From assembly GCF_902713615.1 (NCBI RefSeq), contig NC_052162.1:133386653-133450652 (forward strand): DNA of 64,000 nt. The letters run 5' to 3'. The notes under the pieces are model-generated. The model made no database searches and had not been told where the DNA came from. It was given only the letters and a program-made list of their open reading frames with translations. A program made the translations under genes and the position numbers. This stretch comes from Scyliorhinus canicula (Eukaryota). Each line of letters starts with the position of its first letter. Positions within the stretch are counted from its first letter, which is position 1. Below are positions 12,706 to 26,183 of this stretch, piece by piece.

Positions 12706-13927
12706 CACACCCATTAAATGAACAGTTTGCTCCTTATCCATGTTTCTATCGAACAATATACCTATCTATTTAAATCGTACATCAAGCTGCCATCTATGTA
12801 ACAGTAAGGGAGAGCGAGAGAGAGACAAGCGAGCAATCACCTCCATCTACTCGTGCTCCCCACCACCTTCTCCTCACGCCTTCAAGAGTTTGTTTTTAAA
12901 CTTAAGCTATTGGCCAGACGGTGGGTTTCCTGCACTGCAATCAATGTTTTAGTTGTGGGTCATAATGCTCTTCTGAAACTTGAATCATAAATACAAGTTT
13001 TTGCGAGACAAGAAATTAGTTCCCATGGAGTTGGATTCAGACGTGTGATGTTTTCTTGCGAACAAAGGATAGATATAATCGGTTTCACATAAAAGTGCAG
13101 GTGTAATTGACAACCGATCTAATAATTACAAATACTACCTTCAAAGGTTGATACAACATTTTCCCAGTGAATACCGACAGGCCATGGAACAGGCAACTAA
13201 AATGAACGTCAATGCTGACAACGTGGTATTATTTCTCCTTGAAGAAGCGACATTAATTAAATATTCACTTTGACCATATGGGTGTGGCTGCAGGGACATT
13301 GTCGGATATCATCCAACAGGTAATAGAAAATAAACGACTCCTACTCTAATCCCAATGTCATACATCTAACCCATGCCCCTATATTTTCTATAACATAGAC
13401 TCAGTAACCACCCTATCCCATAGCTGTGAATTAATTCTACTTTTAGTTGACGTCCCATTCAATCTGACAAGCACTGTCTTAATCCAAACTAATCTCCCAC
13501 AAGAGCTCTTCGTTAATGCAACGTAATCGCATTGATCACTCTATAGCACAAACCTCTATTAATCTCACTATAATTCTGCAGCCCACACGTAATTTACCAT
13601 CTCCCGCCTTAACCCGATATTAACTCCCAATTTTTACCATTGCATCCCAGCTGAGGTCCATCTCTGGTCTTGCCTTATCTTTATCTTTATGGTTTCAAAC
13701 GATAAGGGATTTTCTGTTTGGCATCATTTATTGCGTATCCCTATTTCCCTTGAGGAGATGGTGGTGAGCTGCCTTCTTCAACTTCTCCAGTATATTTTAT
13801 GCTGGTATACATTGATGTTCACGAGGGAGTTTACAGAACTTGATCCAGCGACAGTGAACGAATGGCAACATAGTCACAAGTCTGGATGGATTTCCTGCAG
13901 GGGAACTTGCAGGTGGTGCTTTATATT

Positions 13928-14225
13928 AGGGCCGCACGGTAGCACAGCGGTCAGCACTGTTGCTTCACAGCTACCGTCTCAGGTCCGCCTCCCGCTTGGG
14001 TCAATGTCTGTGAGGCGTCTGCACGTTCTCCCCGTGTCTGCATGGGTTACCTCCGGATGCTCCCGTTTCCGCCCAAAAGTTCCGAAAGACGTGCTTGTTA
14101 GTTGAACTGGACATGATGAATTCTCCCTCGGTGCATCCGAACAGGCACTGGAATATGGCTACTGGTGGATTTTCGCAGTAACTTAATTGCAGTGTTAATT
14201 AAAGCCTACCTGTGGCAATAATAGA
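13928..14225 (+). mobile_element. Hybrid SINE (V-SINE head, second-family tail)
   Basis: Same organisation as 6285-6547. Confidence 0.75.
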
Positions 14226-14349
14226 GATTTTTGATTGTATTCCCTTGTTAACCACAAATCAATCTCAATAGCCGTTCACTTCCAGCAGCCCTGCCATCGT
14301 CCCGAAGTACATCCACAGCGACCGTCTCCATTAATTTTGTATCAACCCT

Positions 14350-14740
14350 GGTCGGCACGGTGGCAGAGTGGTTAGCACTGCTAAAATAATAATATAATAA
14401 TCACTTATTGTCACAAGTAGGCTTCAGTGAAGTTACTGTGAAAAGCCCGTCGTCGCCACATTCCGACGTCTGTTCGGGGAGGCCGGTACGGGAATTGAAC
14501 CCCCGCTGCTGCCTTGTTCTGCATTACAAGCCAGCTATTTAGCCCTTGTGCTAAACCAGCCCCTCACTGCGCTGAGGACCCAGGTTCGATCCCAGCCCCT
14601 ACCTGTGTCAATTTGCACATTTTCCCTGTGTCTGCGTGGGTTTCACCCCCACAAACCAATGATGTGCAGGTTAGGCAGATTGGCCACGCTAAATTACCCC
14701 TTAATTAGAAAAAAGAATTGGGTGTTCCAAATGTTTTTTT
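14350..14740 (+). mobile_element. V-SINE with a second-family SINE inserted in reverse at about 14385-14563
   Basis: Head GGCACGGTGGCAGAGTGGTTAGCACTGCT is interrupted and resumes at TCACTGCGCTGAGGACCCAGGTTCGATCC. Confidence 0.75.
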
Positions 14741-15605
14741 TATTGTATCGATTCTGAAACCATATGTTTCACCCCCACAACAAATTTCCGTATCATGCCA
14801 AAACAAATACCACGTTACGCTAACTCCCTGCAAACCTATGGCAATTCTAAATTACTCCCAGTGCTCCATCTCTGCCTATCAACAATCATAAATTGGAAAA
14901 TTCGGAACGATGCGCCTAATAGGTATTTCCCTCTTTTTTGGTTCTGCAACCACCTTCAACAGGCTCAATCTCGCAGATACATCCTTCAGGACTCAGCTAT
15001 CTCTGTCAATAATGCGGTTCCCTCCAGATACATTATCTGCCATTACTTCTCTCAGTTGTTCTTCCAAGTGGGGTTTAATCAGCAAGGGGTTTTCTTAACC
15101 TCTGCACCAAAAAGCACGGTATTACCGCCTCTGGTCATTTTGACTTGCCGGTGGGATATGACCTGCCCAGAAATGCTTCAAAGGAGTCTACAAGCCATGA
15201 TCTCTGGGTGTGACTATGTCACTCGGTTGTTGAAAGGTCGACGGGGCACGTCCTATTTTTTGCGCAAGCCTCCAGACGTTATAGTGGTAGACATTGCAGG
15301 GTCGACTGGGCGAAGACTAACTTTTGTAATTTTCGGTGTCCAGTTCGCTGTCGAGTGGCCCACCTGGCTTTATTCCTTTTGAGCTTTCTGTAGCGGTTTG
15401 GTACAACTCAATGGTTTGTTTGGGAACTTGAATGGTCAGAGGCAACCACATTGCCGTGTGTCTGGAGTCATATTGAGATCAGATAGAGTACAGGCGGCAG
15501 TTTTCTATCCCTAAAGGACATTAGTTAACTAGATAATTTTTAGAACTACCAATCTGATAAGTTCGATGCTCACCATTATTGAGACTCACTTTTGTTGCCA
15601 GATTT

Positions 15606-15788
15606 GAAAATGAAATGAAAATCGCTTATTGTCACGAGTAGGCTTCAATGAAGTTACTGTGAAAAGCCCCTAGTCGCCACATTCCGGCGCCTGTCCGGGG
15701 AGGCTGGTACGGGAATCGAACCGTGCTGCTGGCCTGCTTGGTCTGCTTTAAAAGCCAGCGATTTAGCTGAGTGAGCTAAACCAGCCCC
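15606..15788 (-). mobile_element. Young second-family SINE with (CATTT)n tail
   Basis: Near-identical to 34308-34495 and 36699-36809; more diverged copies at 43470-43648, 50322-50485 and 57930-58090. Confidence 0.85.
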
Positions 15789-15939
15789 TTAAGATTTATT
15801 ATTATTTGAATATAAATTCTCCCTGACAGCCATGATGGAAGTGGAAATCGTGTCCTCAAAGTATTACTCTGGACCATTGGATTAATAGTCCAATAACATT
15901 AGCTCCTGTCATTAGGGCACATGACAGTACCGATGGTCC

Positions 15940-16291
15940 CTACTGTATGCATGACTGGTGTGCTCGACAACAAAGTGTCTTCCGCTGGAAATTTTGCGAC
16001 CTGAAAATGTAGAGCAGGGGATTCAGGACGGTGTTAAAAGAAGTGATAGCCCAGGTATACGGCCGAATGTTACAAATGTACCACCTCACAATTTCCTCCC
16101 TAGGATCCAGCAAGTTCTTCAAAATAAAAGAAAGTTCAATGACGTGAAATGGAGCAAAACACAAAAGCAGAAGAGTACCTGTACTAAAATTAATAAGTGT
16201 ACAATTTCCAAAATGGCAATTCCGGAAGCCAGGATAATCAAGATGTTCATGATGATTTGGTCGAGCAGGAGGACATCAATTGGCGATGCTG
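15940..16291 (-). pseudogene. P2Y/LPAR-type GPCR pseudogene (TM2 fused out of frame to TM6-TM7)
   Basis: ASPIDVLLLDQIIMNILIILASG (TM2) is followed directly by LLLLCFAPFHVIEL...YTWAITSFNTVLNPLLYIFRSQNFQ, which aligns to the intact gene at 31610-32575. TM3-TM5 are missing. Confidence 0.85.
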
Positions 16292-17527
16292 AATTCCATG
16301 ACTCTGTATTTTCTGCAATAGCCTACCGTGGGGAACCTTATCAAACGCTTTACCGAAATCCATATACACCATATCAACTGCTTTAACCTCATCCACTTGT
16401 TCGGTCACCTTCTAGAAGAACTCAATGAGGTTTGTGACGCACGACCTACTCTTCACAAAACCATATTGACTATCTCTAATCAAATTATTCCTTTCCAGAG
16501 GTTTATACATCCTATCTCTTATAAACCTTTCCAAGACGTTTCCCACAACAGAAGTAAGGCTCACTGGTCTATAGTTACCGGGTTTATCTCTACTCCCCTT
16601 CTTGAACAAGGGGACAACATTTGCTATCCTCCAGTCTTCCGGCACTATTACTGTAGACAAAGATGACTTAAAGATCAAAGCCAAAGGTTCAGCAATCTCC
16701 TCCCTTGCTTCCCAGAGAATCCTAGGATAAATCCCATCCGGCCCAGGGGACTTATCTATTTTCACACTTCCCAGAATCGCTAAACCTTCTCCTTATGAAC
16801 CTCAAGCCCTTCTAGTCTAGTAGCCTGTATCTTAGTATTCTCCTCGACAACTTTGTCTTTTTCCTGCGTGAATACAGACGGAAAATATACATTTAGCACC
16901 TCTCCTATCTCCTCGGATCCACGCACAACTTCCCACTACTGTCCTTGACTGGCCCTACTCTTACCTTAGTCATTCTTTTATTCCTGACATATCCGTAGAA
17001 AGCTTTAGGGTGATCCTTGATCCTACCTGCTAAATACTTCTCATGTCCTCGCCTGGCTCTTCTAAGCTCTCACCTTAGAGCCTTCCTAGCTAACTTGTAA
17101 CTCTCAAGCGCCCTAACTAAACTATCACGTCTCATCTTTACATGAGCCTCCTTCTTCCTCTTGACAAGTGTTTCAACTGCTTTAGTAACCCATGGTTCCC
17201 TCGCTTGACTACTTCCTCCCTGCTTAACAGGTACATGCTTATCAAGGACACGCAGTAGCTGTTGCTTGAACATGCTCCACATTTCCATTGTGCCTATCCC
17301 CTGCAGTTTTCCTCTCCAGCTGATGCATCCTAAGTCTTGCCTCATCGCATCATAATTGTCTTTCCCCCAGCTATAACTCTTGCCCTGCGGTTTATACCTA
17401 TCCCTTTCCATCGCTAAAGTAAACGTAATCGAATTGTGGTCACTATCACCAAAGTGCTCACCTACCTCCAAACCTAACACCTGTCCTAGTTCATTACCAG
17501 GTACCAAATCCAATACGGCCTCGCCTG
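16292..17527 (-). mobile_element. CR1 LINE ORF2 fragment (endonuclease end to RT N-terminus)
   Basis: GEAVLDLVPGNELGQV..GEHFGDSDHN; KSPGPDGIYPRIL; KKGSRDKPGNYRPVSLTSVVG; RSCVTNLIEFF; DFGKAFDKVPHGRLLQKI. The 3' end is absent. Confidence 0.92.
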
Positions 17528-17529
17528 TC

Positions 17530-17686
17530 GTTGACATCTATGGACAACAGGTGGAAACTGGAGCACCCGGAGGAAATCCACACAGACACAGAAATAATTT
17601 GCAAATCTACATAAACAGAGACCCAGAATTGAAGCCTGGTCCTTGGCGATGTGATGCAGCAGTGCTAACCACTGTGCCACCGTGCG
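17530..17686 (-). mobile_element. V-SINE 5' half
   Basis: Reverse head CGCACGGTGGCACAGTGGTTAGCACTGCTG and partial V-domain. Confidence 0.75.
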
Positions 17687-18822
17687 GAAGGAAGGAAGGA
17701 AGTAGCCAGCGAGACCCACATTCACGATGATGGCTGTGACGACACTCAGAAAATCGGACCGGTGTCGAGTCCGAGTTCATCAACCAGAGTAGTAGCAAGA
17801 ATCTGGGGGATCTATATTGTGATTGTTATTGGGTTCATTTATTGGATAATATATTGTATAAACCTGACTTGATTTAAAATTGTATTGTCCTTTATTTGCG
17901 TCGTCAATAAAGACATCTGGGTAACACGTTTGATTAATGCTTGAAGTATCTGAAATGTTAGTAACACATCTCCTTGCTCATCAATATCTGCTCTCCGCTC
18001 AGCCATCACTGTAAAATCTGCACCAATTCCAGCTTTCTGTCCAACCATCCTCTGCTTATGCTTTACCAATGATTCACCTCCACTTTCTGTTCACCATACA
18101 CACGCTCTGCTCAATAAATTCTTAATAATCCCGTTCTTGAACCATCATCCAGCTGTTTTCTCTTCCATTGGTCCTCAGATTTCCCCGCACTTGCACAGCC
18201 CCTGACAGAACCGCTCACCTTCCACTTCTTCTTGGTTGCTTTCGTCTGCACGAATGTTGTGTTTTGCCTGACGCCTAGACTGCGCTATATTCGGGGAATG
18301 CCAGAGCGAGTTCACACATGACCTTGATATTTGTGTGGGCAATCGGCATTAGTGCAAGCACGAAATTAGACATTTCAGGCAGTCTTCCAACATCTGAAAA
18401 AATGTGCAAACAGCTGGTGGGATTCGCGACATTTTATTGATACTGATTTTCAGTTGGTACAATAACTCTGCGATTCCATCAAATGAGACCCTCAGGCTCC
18501 TCCCACCTTGGACTTGATTCCTGACGTCATTCTAAAGGAACAACCATTAACCTCAGGATGTTAGATACTCAACCGGGAACCCGAGTTCAAATCGGACTGA
18601 GAAAAAAAAGCGGACTGAGTTCTACTATCTCTCCTGCTCGATTGGTTCGGGCAGTGGTCAAATAACACCCAGTAGTCCTTGAGGTCACTAAGATTCCGGT
18701 CATCTCTCATGCCCTACATTTTAACATCTTACAGATCATTCAGTAAATCAGCGGTCATTAAAATCTCCGCTTGCCAATACCGACGGAGCACCTCAGAAGA
18801 CATAGGAGCAGAATTACCCCAT

Positions 18823-19162
18823 CTGAGGGCAGCATGGTAACATAGTCGTTAGCACAGTTGCTTCACAGCTCCAGGGTCCCAGGTTCGATTCCCAGCTTGG
18901 GTGACTGTGCGGAGTCTGCACCTTCTCCCCGTGTCTGGGTGGGTTTCCTCTGGGTGCTCTGGTTTCCTCCCACAGTGCAAAGATGTGCGTTTGGTGGATG
19001 GACCATGCTACATTGCCCATTGTGTTGTACAAGGTTAAGTGGGAGTTACTGGGTTACGGAGTCTCACAGGGTAAAGATGTGGGATTGAGTAGGGTACACT
19101 TTGTAAGGTCTGGTGCAGACTCGATGGGCCGAATGGCCTCCTGCTGCACTGTACATTCTATG
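18823..19162 (+). mobile_element. Full-length V-SINE (HE1-like) with CR1-type tail
   Basis: Tail GACTCGATGGGCCGAATGGCCTCCT..TGCACTGTA..TTCTATGA matches the CR1 3' end at 20264-20315. Confidence 0.9.
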
Positions 19163-19564
19163 AAATTCGGCCGTCGACTCTGCTCCGCCATTCAGTCATG
19201 GCTGACATTTATCTCATCCCCATTCCCCTGCCTTCTCCCCATAACCCCTGATCCTCTGATAACCCTGAAATCCAGACTGACTGTACAGTATATCAGGTTT
19301 TAGTCCGCACTGAATTTTCCATTCACTGATCATGACAGTCAGATTTTTCCAAGTTTTCCATATGAACTCCATGTAGAAAATACGTTTCTATTCAAAGTCA
19401 TACAATTCATCCTTTCATTTTATTTATTTCTTCGTTCAAAGACGAGAGACCATGTAAATATGGCTGTTTTCTTCCCTAAAGGTCATTAGAGAACAGATGG
19501 GCTTTTACGACACTCTACAATGGTTTAATGGGCATAATTAGATTCCAAAATACAGATTTTTGTT

Positions 19565-20325
19565 GAATTCAATGATAGCAGGATAGGAAAAGGTAAAGTG
19601 CAACAAGACCCGTGTGTCATGGTGGAACAGTCGCTGAAGGTTCGGGTGCTGGTGCAGGAGGCGGTTAGAAAAGCTAATGGCATGCTGGCCTTCATAGCGG
19701 GAGGATTTGAGTATTGGAGTTGGGATGTCTTGCTGCAGTTATACAGGACCTTGTCAGGCCACACCTTAAGTATTCTGTGCAGTTTTCGTCTCCCAGTTTG
19801 AGGAAGGAATTATTTCCTATTGAGGGTGTCCAGCGAAGGTTCACACCAGACTAATTCCCGGGATGGCAGAAATGACATCTGAAGAAAGATTGGATCGACT
19901 GGGTTGTACTCACTGGAGTTTAGAAGAATAAGATGGGATTTCACAGAAACGTAAAAACTCCTGCTGGGACTGGACAGGCTAAATGCGGGAAGAATGTTCC
20001 CGATGTTGGGGTCGACCAGAACTAGGAGGAACAGCCTACTAATAAGGGATTAGTCATTTAGGACTAAGAGGAGGACGAACATCTTCTCTCAGAGAGTGGT
20101 GAACTTGTGGAATTCTGTTGGCTGTTCAGGCCAGTTCGTTGGATATATTTAAGAGGGAGCTGGACGTGGTCCTTGAAGCTAAAGAGATCCAGGGGTATGG
20201 AGAGAAAACGGGAGTGGGGTACTGAATTTCCATGATCAGCCATGATCATATTGAATTGTGATGCAGGCTCGATGGGCCGAATGGCCTACTCCTGCACCTG
20301 TTTTCTATGTTTCTGTGTTTCCATG
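19565..20325 (+). mobile_element. CR1 LINE 3' end
   Basis: ..VQEAVRKANGMLAFIAGGFEY.S.DVLLQLYRTL.RPHL.Y.VQF.SP, followed by the 3' UTR and a (TTTCTATG)-like tail. Confidence 0.88.
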
Positions 20326-20624
20326 TAAGCAGCAGGAAATTTAAAGGGGGTTTGAGAAAAATATATTTTTACCCAGAGGGTGGTTGGAATCTGGATCTTA
20401 CTTCCTGATGGGGTGGTGGAAACGGAAATCCTCACAACATTCAAGAAATATATGTTTGAGCCTTTGAAATGTCATAGCACACATGGCTACGGGCCAAGTG
20501 CTGGTAAATGCGATTAGAGTAGATAGGTGCTGGATGGCCTGTGCAGACACGATTGACCAATGGACCACTTTCCATGCTGCAAAACATCTATGATTGTATG
20601 TGTGTGGTTTGAAAATGAATTGCG

Positions 20625-21005
20625 TGGGCTTAGCTTCCCTTCCACCTGCTATCTTAGTCCTTCGAGACGGTAGATGTCGCAAATTAGTAAGGTGCTGTCG
20701 CAGACCATTGATCAGTTACAGGAATACATTTATAGCTTGTACAAACTGCTGCAACTGTACATTGGTTGTGCAGGATGTCACTGTCCAAGTTTGGCGGTCG
20801 GTGGTTTTGGTGGCTCTGAGTGGGGGAGGTGACAATCAACGGGCTGCTTTGTCGTGGATGCTGTTGAGCTTCGTCAGAGTTGTTGGAAGTACAATCATCC
20901 CGGGAAGTGGCGAGTACTCGATGACGCTTCTGACTTGTGCCTTGTAATTGAAGAAAGGCTTTGCGGGGGAAATTGGTGAGTAACTTAGCGCAGAATTCCC
21001 AGCCT
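20625..21005 (-). mobile_element. LINE 3' remnant, same family as 725-1245
   Basis: Shares GTCGTGGATGCTGTTGAGCTT..GTTGGAAGTACAATCATCC..GAAGTGG with that family. Confidence 0.65.
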
Positions 21006-22424
21006 CTAGTCTATTATGTCGCCATGTTACTCATGGAAATGGTTCATTTCAATTTCGATAAATTTGTACATCGTCTGTTTATCTATTATCCGATATATCA
21101 AGCTTTCTAAACAAAGTATTCTCGATATAATTAAGAACAGTTAACCACCCGAGGCCAATCAAAGACATGGAGCAGGTAATGTGTGGGCCCGAGTCACAAT
21201 ACCTATAGTTCAGTGCATTCGGGACAGCTCCTGGAGTCTGCAAGTAAGGTCATGCAATTCCCATGCTTTAAAACAGGTGACAAGCGGACCCGGATAACTA
21301 AACACCCATTACTTTAACGCTGCAATTGGGAAACTGTTTGCGGAAACCATTAATTACTGTTTGAATATATCGGGATAAATCAAAGGGACCAACATGTATT
21401 CATCAAAAAAGATAATGTTTAGAAATATCGACGTTCAGTCTTCGCAGCTTTGAACAAAATGCGAATACGTTGTGGAAAAGAAGTGCATTAGACATTTTCG
21501 ATTTAGATTTTCGAAATCCATTTATCTAGATAATTAAAGCCTTTGCTTTTTAGGGGTGATAAACTGAACTGGATTTAGAACGGCTGGTGGGAGACAGGTA
21601 AAAGAACAGTTGGGTGTAGATTTCGATCTGTTTATCCATTCACGACCCAGAAAATAGGCATGAATTATCTTCTTATCTGATAGGGGCGGATACGGCAGTG
21701 GTAAACACCTGACAGAGTGGCTGATTTACACGATCAGGTGGCAGCAGACACTTTATTTCCATATGCTGACTTTCCGACATTAAGCTATCTACAACCTGGA
21801 TGCAACACTTGCACCGTGCAATAGATCAGCTGTCAGTGCAGCGCTGAGATTTCCATATTTAAAGGTGACACTAAGCATTTTCCACATACTCAACACGAAC
21901 TACAAATAGTGATCGTTGTCTATTCAAATTTAGGCCATTATCCTTATTTCGTATTCAACAAAATATTTGCATTTCTGCCTATCTTTCTCTTCAAGCTAAA
22001 TATATACATCATTTTACCTATTTGTTTGTTTACCAATATGTTTACTCAGCTGTGCACCTATCCAGAGATATTGTGGGTCACTGAGTAGCGTCTCTATCTC
22101 TCCCAGAACTTCCAGAAAGGAGTTGTATTTCAGGACCCGATTTGAATGGCATGTATATTCATAACCTGGCCAAATTGTTTGATAATCAGACGGCAAATCC
22201 TTGCAATGTTGGGTGCAAGAGCGGGTGAGTTGGTTGGTCAGTCATACGCCAGAAGAGAAATTGCTTTTACGAGCTTAATCATGGAGCAATCCGATAGTCG
22301 TCCATGGTCAGCAACACCCTTTTAGGGCAAGGTACATTAATATGAAGAATACATCCATTATCTATATACACATATGTATATTAAATAATTTATATATTCA
22401 CACATACTACTCTGCTCCTTCATT

Positions 22425-22540
22425 CACGGTAGCACGGTAGCATGGTGGTTAGCATAAATGCTTCGCAGCTCCAGGGTCCCAGGTTCAATTCCCGGCTGGG
22501 TCACTGTCTGTGCGGAGTCTGCACGTCCTCCCCGTGTGGA
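22425..22540 (+). mobile_element. 3'-truncated V-SINE
   Basis: GCACGGTAGCATGGTGGTTAGCATAAATGCTTC head, ending in the V-domain. Confidence 0.8.
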
Positions 22541-22639
22541 TTGGGATGGCAAACAATTTAATTTCCGAAAATGAAAAGTGAATGTTCTCATGGTCTCCAG
22601 ACTATGGACATTTCTTTACATGAAACTCTGACTGATACT

Positions 22640-23030
22640 GTCGGTCTCATTATGCAAAGCTGCACCAGACTTGGAGGTAACACGGCTGCCTTCTCCATCA
22701 ATGCGGCCTGACTGGGTGGACATCCGCTATGCATTGGTCAACAAAAATGCAGATTATAAACGCTGGGTTATCATAAAAGTTGATCATATAGAAGAAAATA
22801 ATGGAACCCTATATAACTGCATTGAGATAGAATCTACGGTAATGGCACAAATGCCAAGTGTGAAAGCGACAATGGCCAACAAGCTGGTGATGCTTATTTC
22901 AAGCAGCAGGACATCAGATACCGACGAAAGCTTCTTTAATCTTATGATATTCCGCAGTGCAATTGCATTGCCATTAAGACCCAATACAAGTGCCAACATA
23001 ACACCTCGGGAAAAACAGCTATTTCAAGAC
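22640..23030 (-). pseudogene. P2Y/LPAR-type GPCR pseudogene (TM1 to ICL2 only)
   Basis: LALVLGLNGNAIALRNIIRLKKLSSVSDVLLLEISI; after a frameshift, MINFYDNPAFIICIFVDQCIADVHPVRPH*WRR aligns to LVNLYGSPLFMSCIAIDQYIAVAHPIRSHAWRR of the intact paralog. Confidence 0.85.
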
Positions 23031-25751
23031 AATCGAAGGTGTTGTCAATTGCGGACACGAGACGTGAATTCCTATTTTGATTTAATGAGTTGATCTCGGA
23101 CCAGGGTGTGGTAATTATGATCTAAGTTCACAAAGTAGATATTCGGTGTATGTTGTATAATGAAGAGCAGTGGGCGGAAATGTAAAGAAACATTGGCCAA
23201 TGGCAGTTGGGACTGCGCTTGAAGATTATTGGTTGTTGTATTTTCTATTTTGGCACGAACAGACTAATGCTATGGCACGGGCTGAGCCAGGGTAATAGAC
23301 TTCTTGGAAAGCCGTGAATACAATAAATACGAGAGATCACTTTGGCGGCAGCATACCGGAATCTGAACCTTGCAAATTGGTAAATCTGAATAAAGCTATT
23401 GTGATGCCGAAACAATGTCACACTATATCTTAGAAAGCGAGAGCTGCAGAACACTGATGATTTTGCCTCACTCCCTCTTGGAGCGATTTATGTTCACTGG
23501 TTGATGTTTTCTACATTCGTCACTAATGATGATATTTGTGAACAGACTGGAACCTCCAGCCGTCTGTTTCACCGATATATTTGCACACTCTCTTGGCAAC
23601 ACGGTCCCTAACATTTACCACGTAGATAGCTACAGAGTATTTAATGCCTCTGAATCCCAGCTGATGTGTGTCTTTCAGTCCGTCACCTGAGGAAGATACT
23701 GGCTTCCTAATTCTGTCGCTCTGCGGCACTTTCTCAAAAAACAGCTGGTGAATAGATTGATGTTTCCCGCTCAATCTCCTTTCGTGAGATATCTGAGCAT
23801 TGCCTGCCATTTCTCAAGCCTCTCTCTCACGGGACGTTGTTAGATACCGACTGATACCACTATGTCCCGTTTCAGTCAGCGAAATATATGGAGACAGGCT
23901 GGTGATTCTCACTGTCGCTCCCTAGGATGTAGCTGCAATCTCGCCCCTGGCTCTCGGCACCTCATCCTCAGAAACATATATGTACACTGACTATTGTTCC
24001 TCGGACCCATCTACCTCGGGAGGATATCTGTACCCTAAATGCTTGCTCTCATCACCCTCGCTCACGGGGGATACCTGCACAGGTGTCATTCAGTCACTTC
24101 ACCTCAGGAAGATATATATAGACTTACGGCTCGCTTCATCCCCTCTCTCTTAGGGCTATACAAGTACAGGCGTATTACAATCCCTTTTCCTCACGAGAAT
24201 ATCTGTAAGCCCTCATTCCCACGTCCTCTGGAAGATAAATGTACACTGACTTCCGTCGTGTTCCTTTCCGAACTGTCTGCATATTGATTGGAGTCACTTA
24301 CCCCTGCAAATCTTAATCATTCTGTTCACTCTGCCCTGCTCTCCATCTCGATATCTATCTCGTCACAGGCGACAAAGGATGGATGGACGTGATGGGTTGA
24401 CAACAGTTCACAGCAACAGATTTTGCTTTGGCAAAATGTGAAATCTGATCTAACTGAAAGGGAAGTTGCTATAATTTTCTCCTTTGGACATTTCTCTCTC
24501 TCTCTCTCTCTCTCTCTAACTAACTCTCTCTATCTCTATCGGTCTCTCTCTCTCTCTCTTTCTCTCTCCCGTGTTCATGCTGCGTGATTTCCTTTCTGCC
24601 TTCATTCAATTCATCAGGCTAAAGGTCTGTGCATTTGAGTTCAGATTCCACCAGAGCAGATGCTGAAACTTGAAGCCTTTAATAAATCAGGCATTATGAA
24701 GCGAGTCTCAATAATGATGGCTATGACAACTATCATTTATTGTTGTAAAATAAACTTGCTTCCCGTTCACCCCTTCTCTGTTGGCCTTAATTGATCCGGG
24801 TGTTTGCCTCGTGCTGGCTATTTATTATTCAGTCCATGAGAATATCTGCATTACTACCGTGACCTAGGTTCTATCGCGTTATATTCCGGAATTGTGCTGA
24901 AGGAATGTATTCACAGATGAATTTGTTCAATAGTGTTGTGTCAGCTCGAGGCGAAGTGCAAGTGAAAAGACAAACCATTCAGGGTATCATTGGCCCGCCT
25001 TTGGGATCTGTGACTATGTATAGTACCTGGCCTTCAGTCTCTTCAAAAACTCTGTTTTCCCACATCATGGCAGCTCAATCACCATCCAACAATGAATTTG
25101 AATGTCATTAGTGATATGTATCCGAAATGATTATGATATTGACCTGGGTGTGGAATGGAGCCCACGCAGATGGGATACAAGTAATTCTCTCGGAGGGCTA
25201 CTATTTGGGCAGAAATTCACGCATCACCATTCCTCGCAACATCCACCAGCCGAACCCACGTGCACGAGTTCAATTCCACGTCAAATCACGGGAGGGTGAA
25301 GGAATCGCCCCTCTAATTTAAACGGAATAATGCAGTTGTTCAGATACAGTAATCACAAATTTTGGGCCCGAGAGCATGACAGCTCCAAAGCAAACACTAA
25401 ATAATTAAAGTCTCTCATTCCCTTTTCTACCCGAGACCAGGTGCCAGTGGAAGCAGAAATTCTAGTTTTCTATACATCTCCGTGAAGTAATTTTAGTTCA
25501 AATCGTGGAATATAGTTGCAGTCTATTATTTCTCAGTAAGCACTAACATTTTCATTTTCAGGTTAGTTTAACCCATCTTTATTATTACAGGCCCTGAATC
25601 CCGTACCTGACGTTCCATGCTCCGGGTGGCAGTACATATTTTGATTTCCAGATCCTCAATGCGACATTGAACATTTCCCAGGTGGTCAACATGATTTGCA
25701 AACTAACATTGAATCACCTTGGCAACACATCCATGAGCATTTCAAATAATG

Positions 25752-26060
25752 GAATTTACAGTGCAGAAGAGGCCATTCGGCCCATCGAGTCTGCACCGGC
25801 CTTTGGAATGAGAACCCGACTTAAGCCCATGCCGCTACCTAACCCCACATCCCAGTAACCCCACCTAACCTTTTCGACACTAAGGGGCGCTTCAACATGA
25901 CCAATCCACCTAACCTGCATGTCTTTGGACTGTGGGAGGAAACCAGAGCATCCGGAGGAAACCCACACAGACACAGGGAGAAATTGCAGTCACCCGAGGC
26001 TGGTATTGGTCCCGAGGCTCTGGAGATGTGATGTAGCAGTGCTAACCACTATGCCACCCT
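25752..26060 (-). mobile_element. V-SINE
   Basis: Reverse tail (ACAGTGCAGAAGAGGCCATTCGGCCCATCGAGTC), V-domain and head. Confidence 0.85.
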
Positions 26061-26183
26061 ATGATGCACTGCTGAGGATATTTCTTAGTCCGTTTATTAC
26101 TCCCTCTATGATTTGTCTTCTCCATGATAAATCAGTTTCTTTCTCTCTGTCACTTTCTCTTCCTCTCCTCTTCTCTTTATTGT

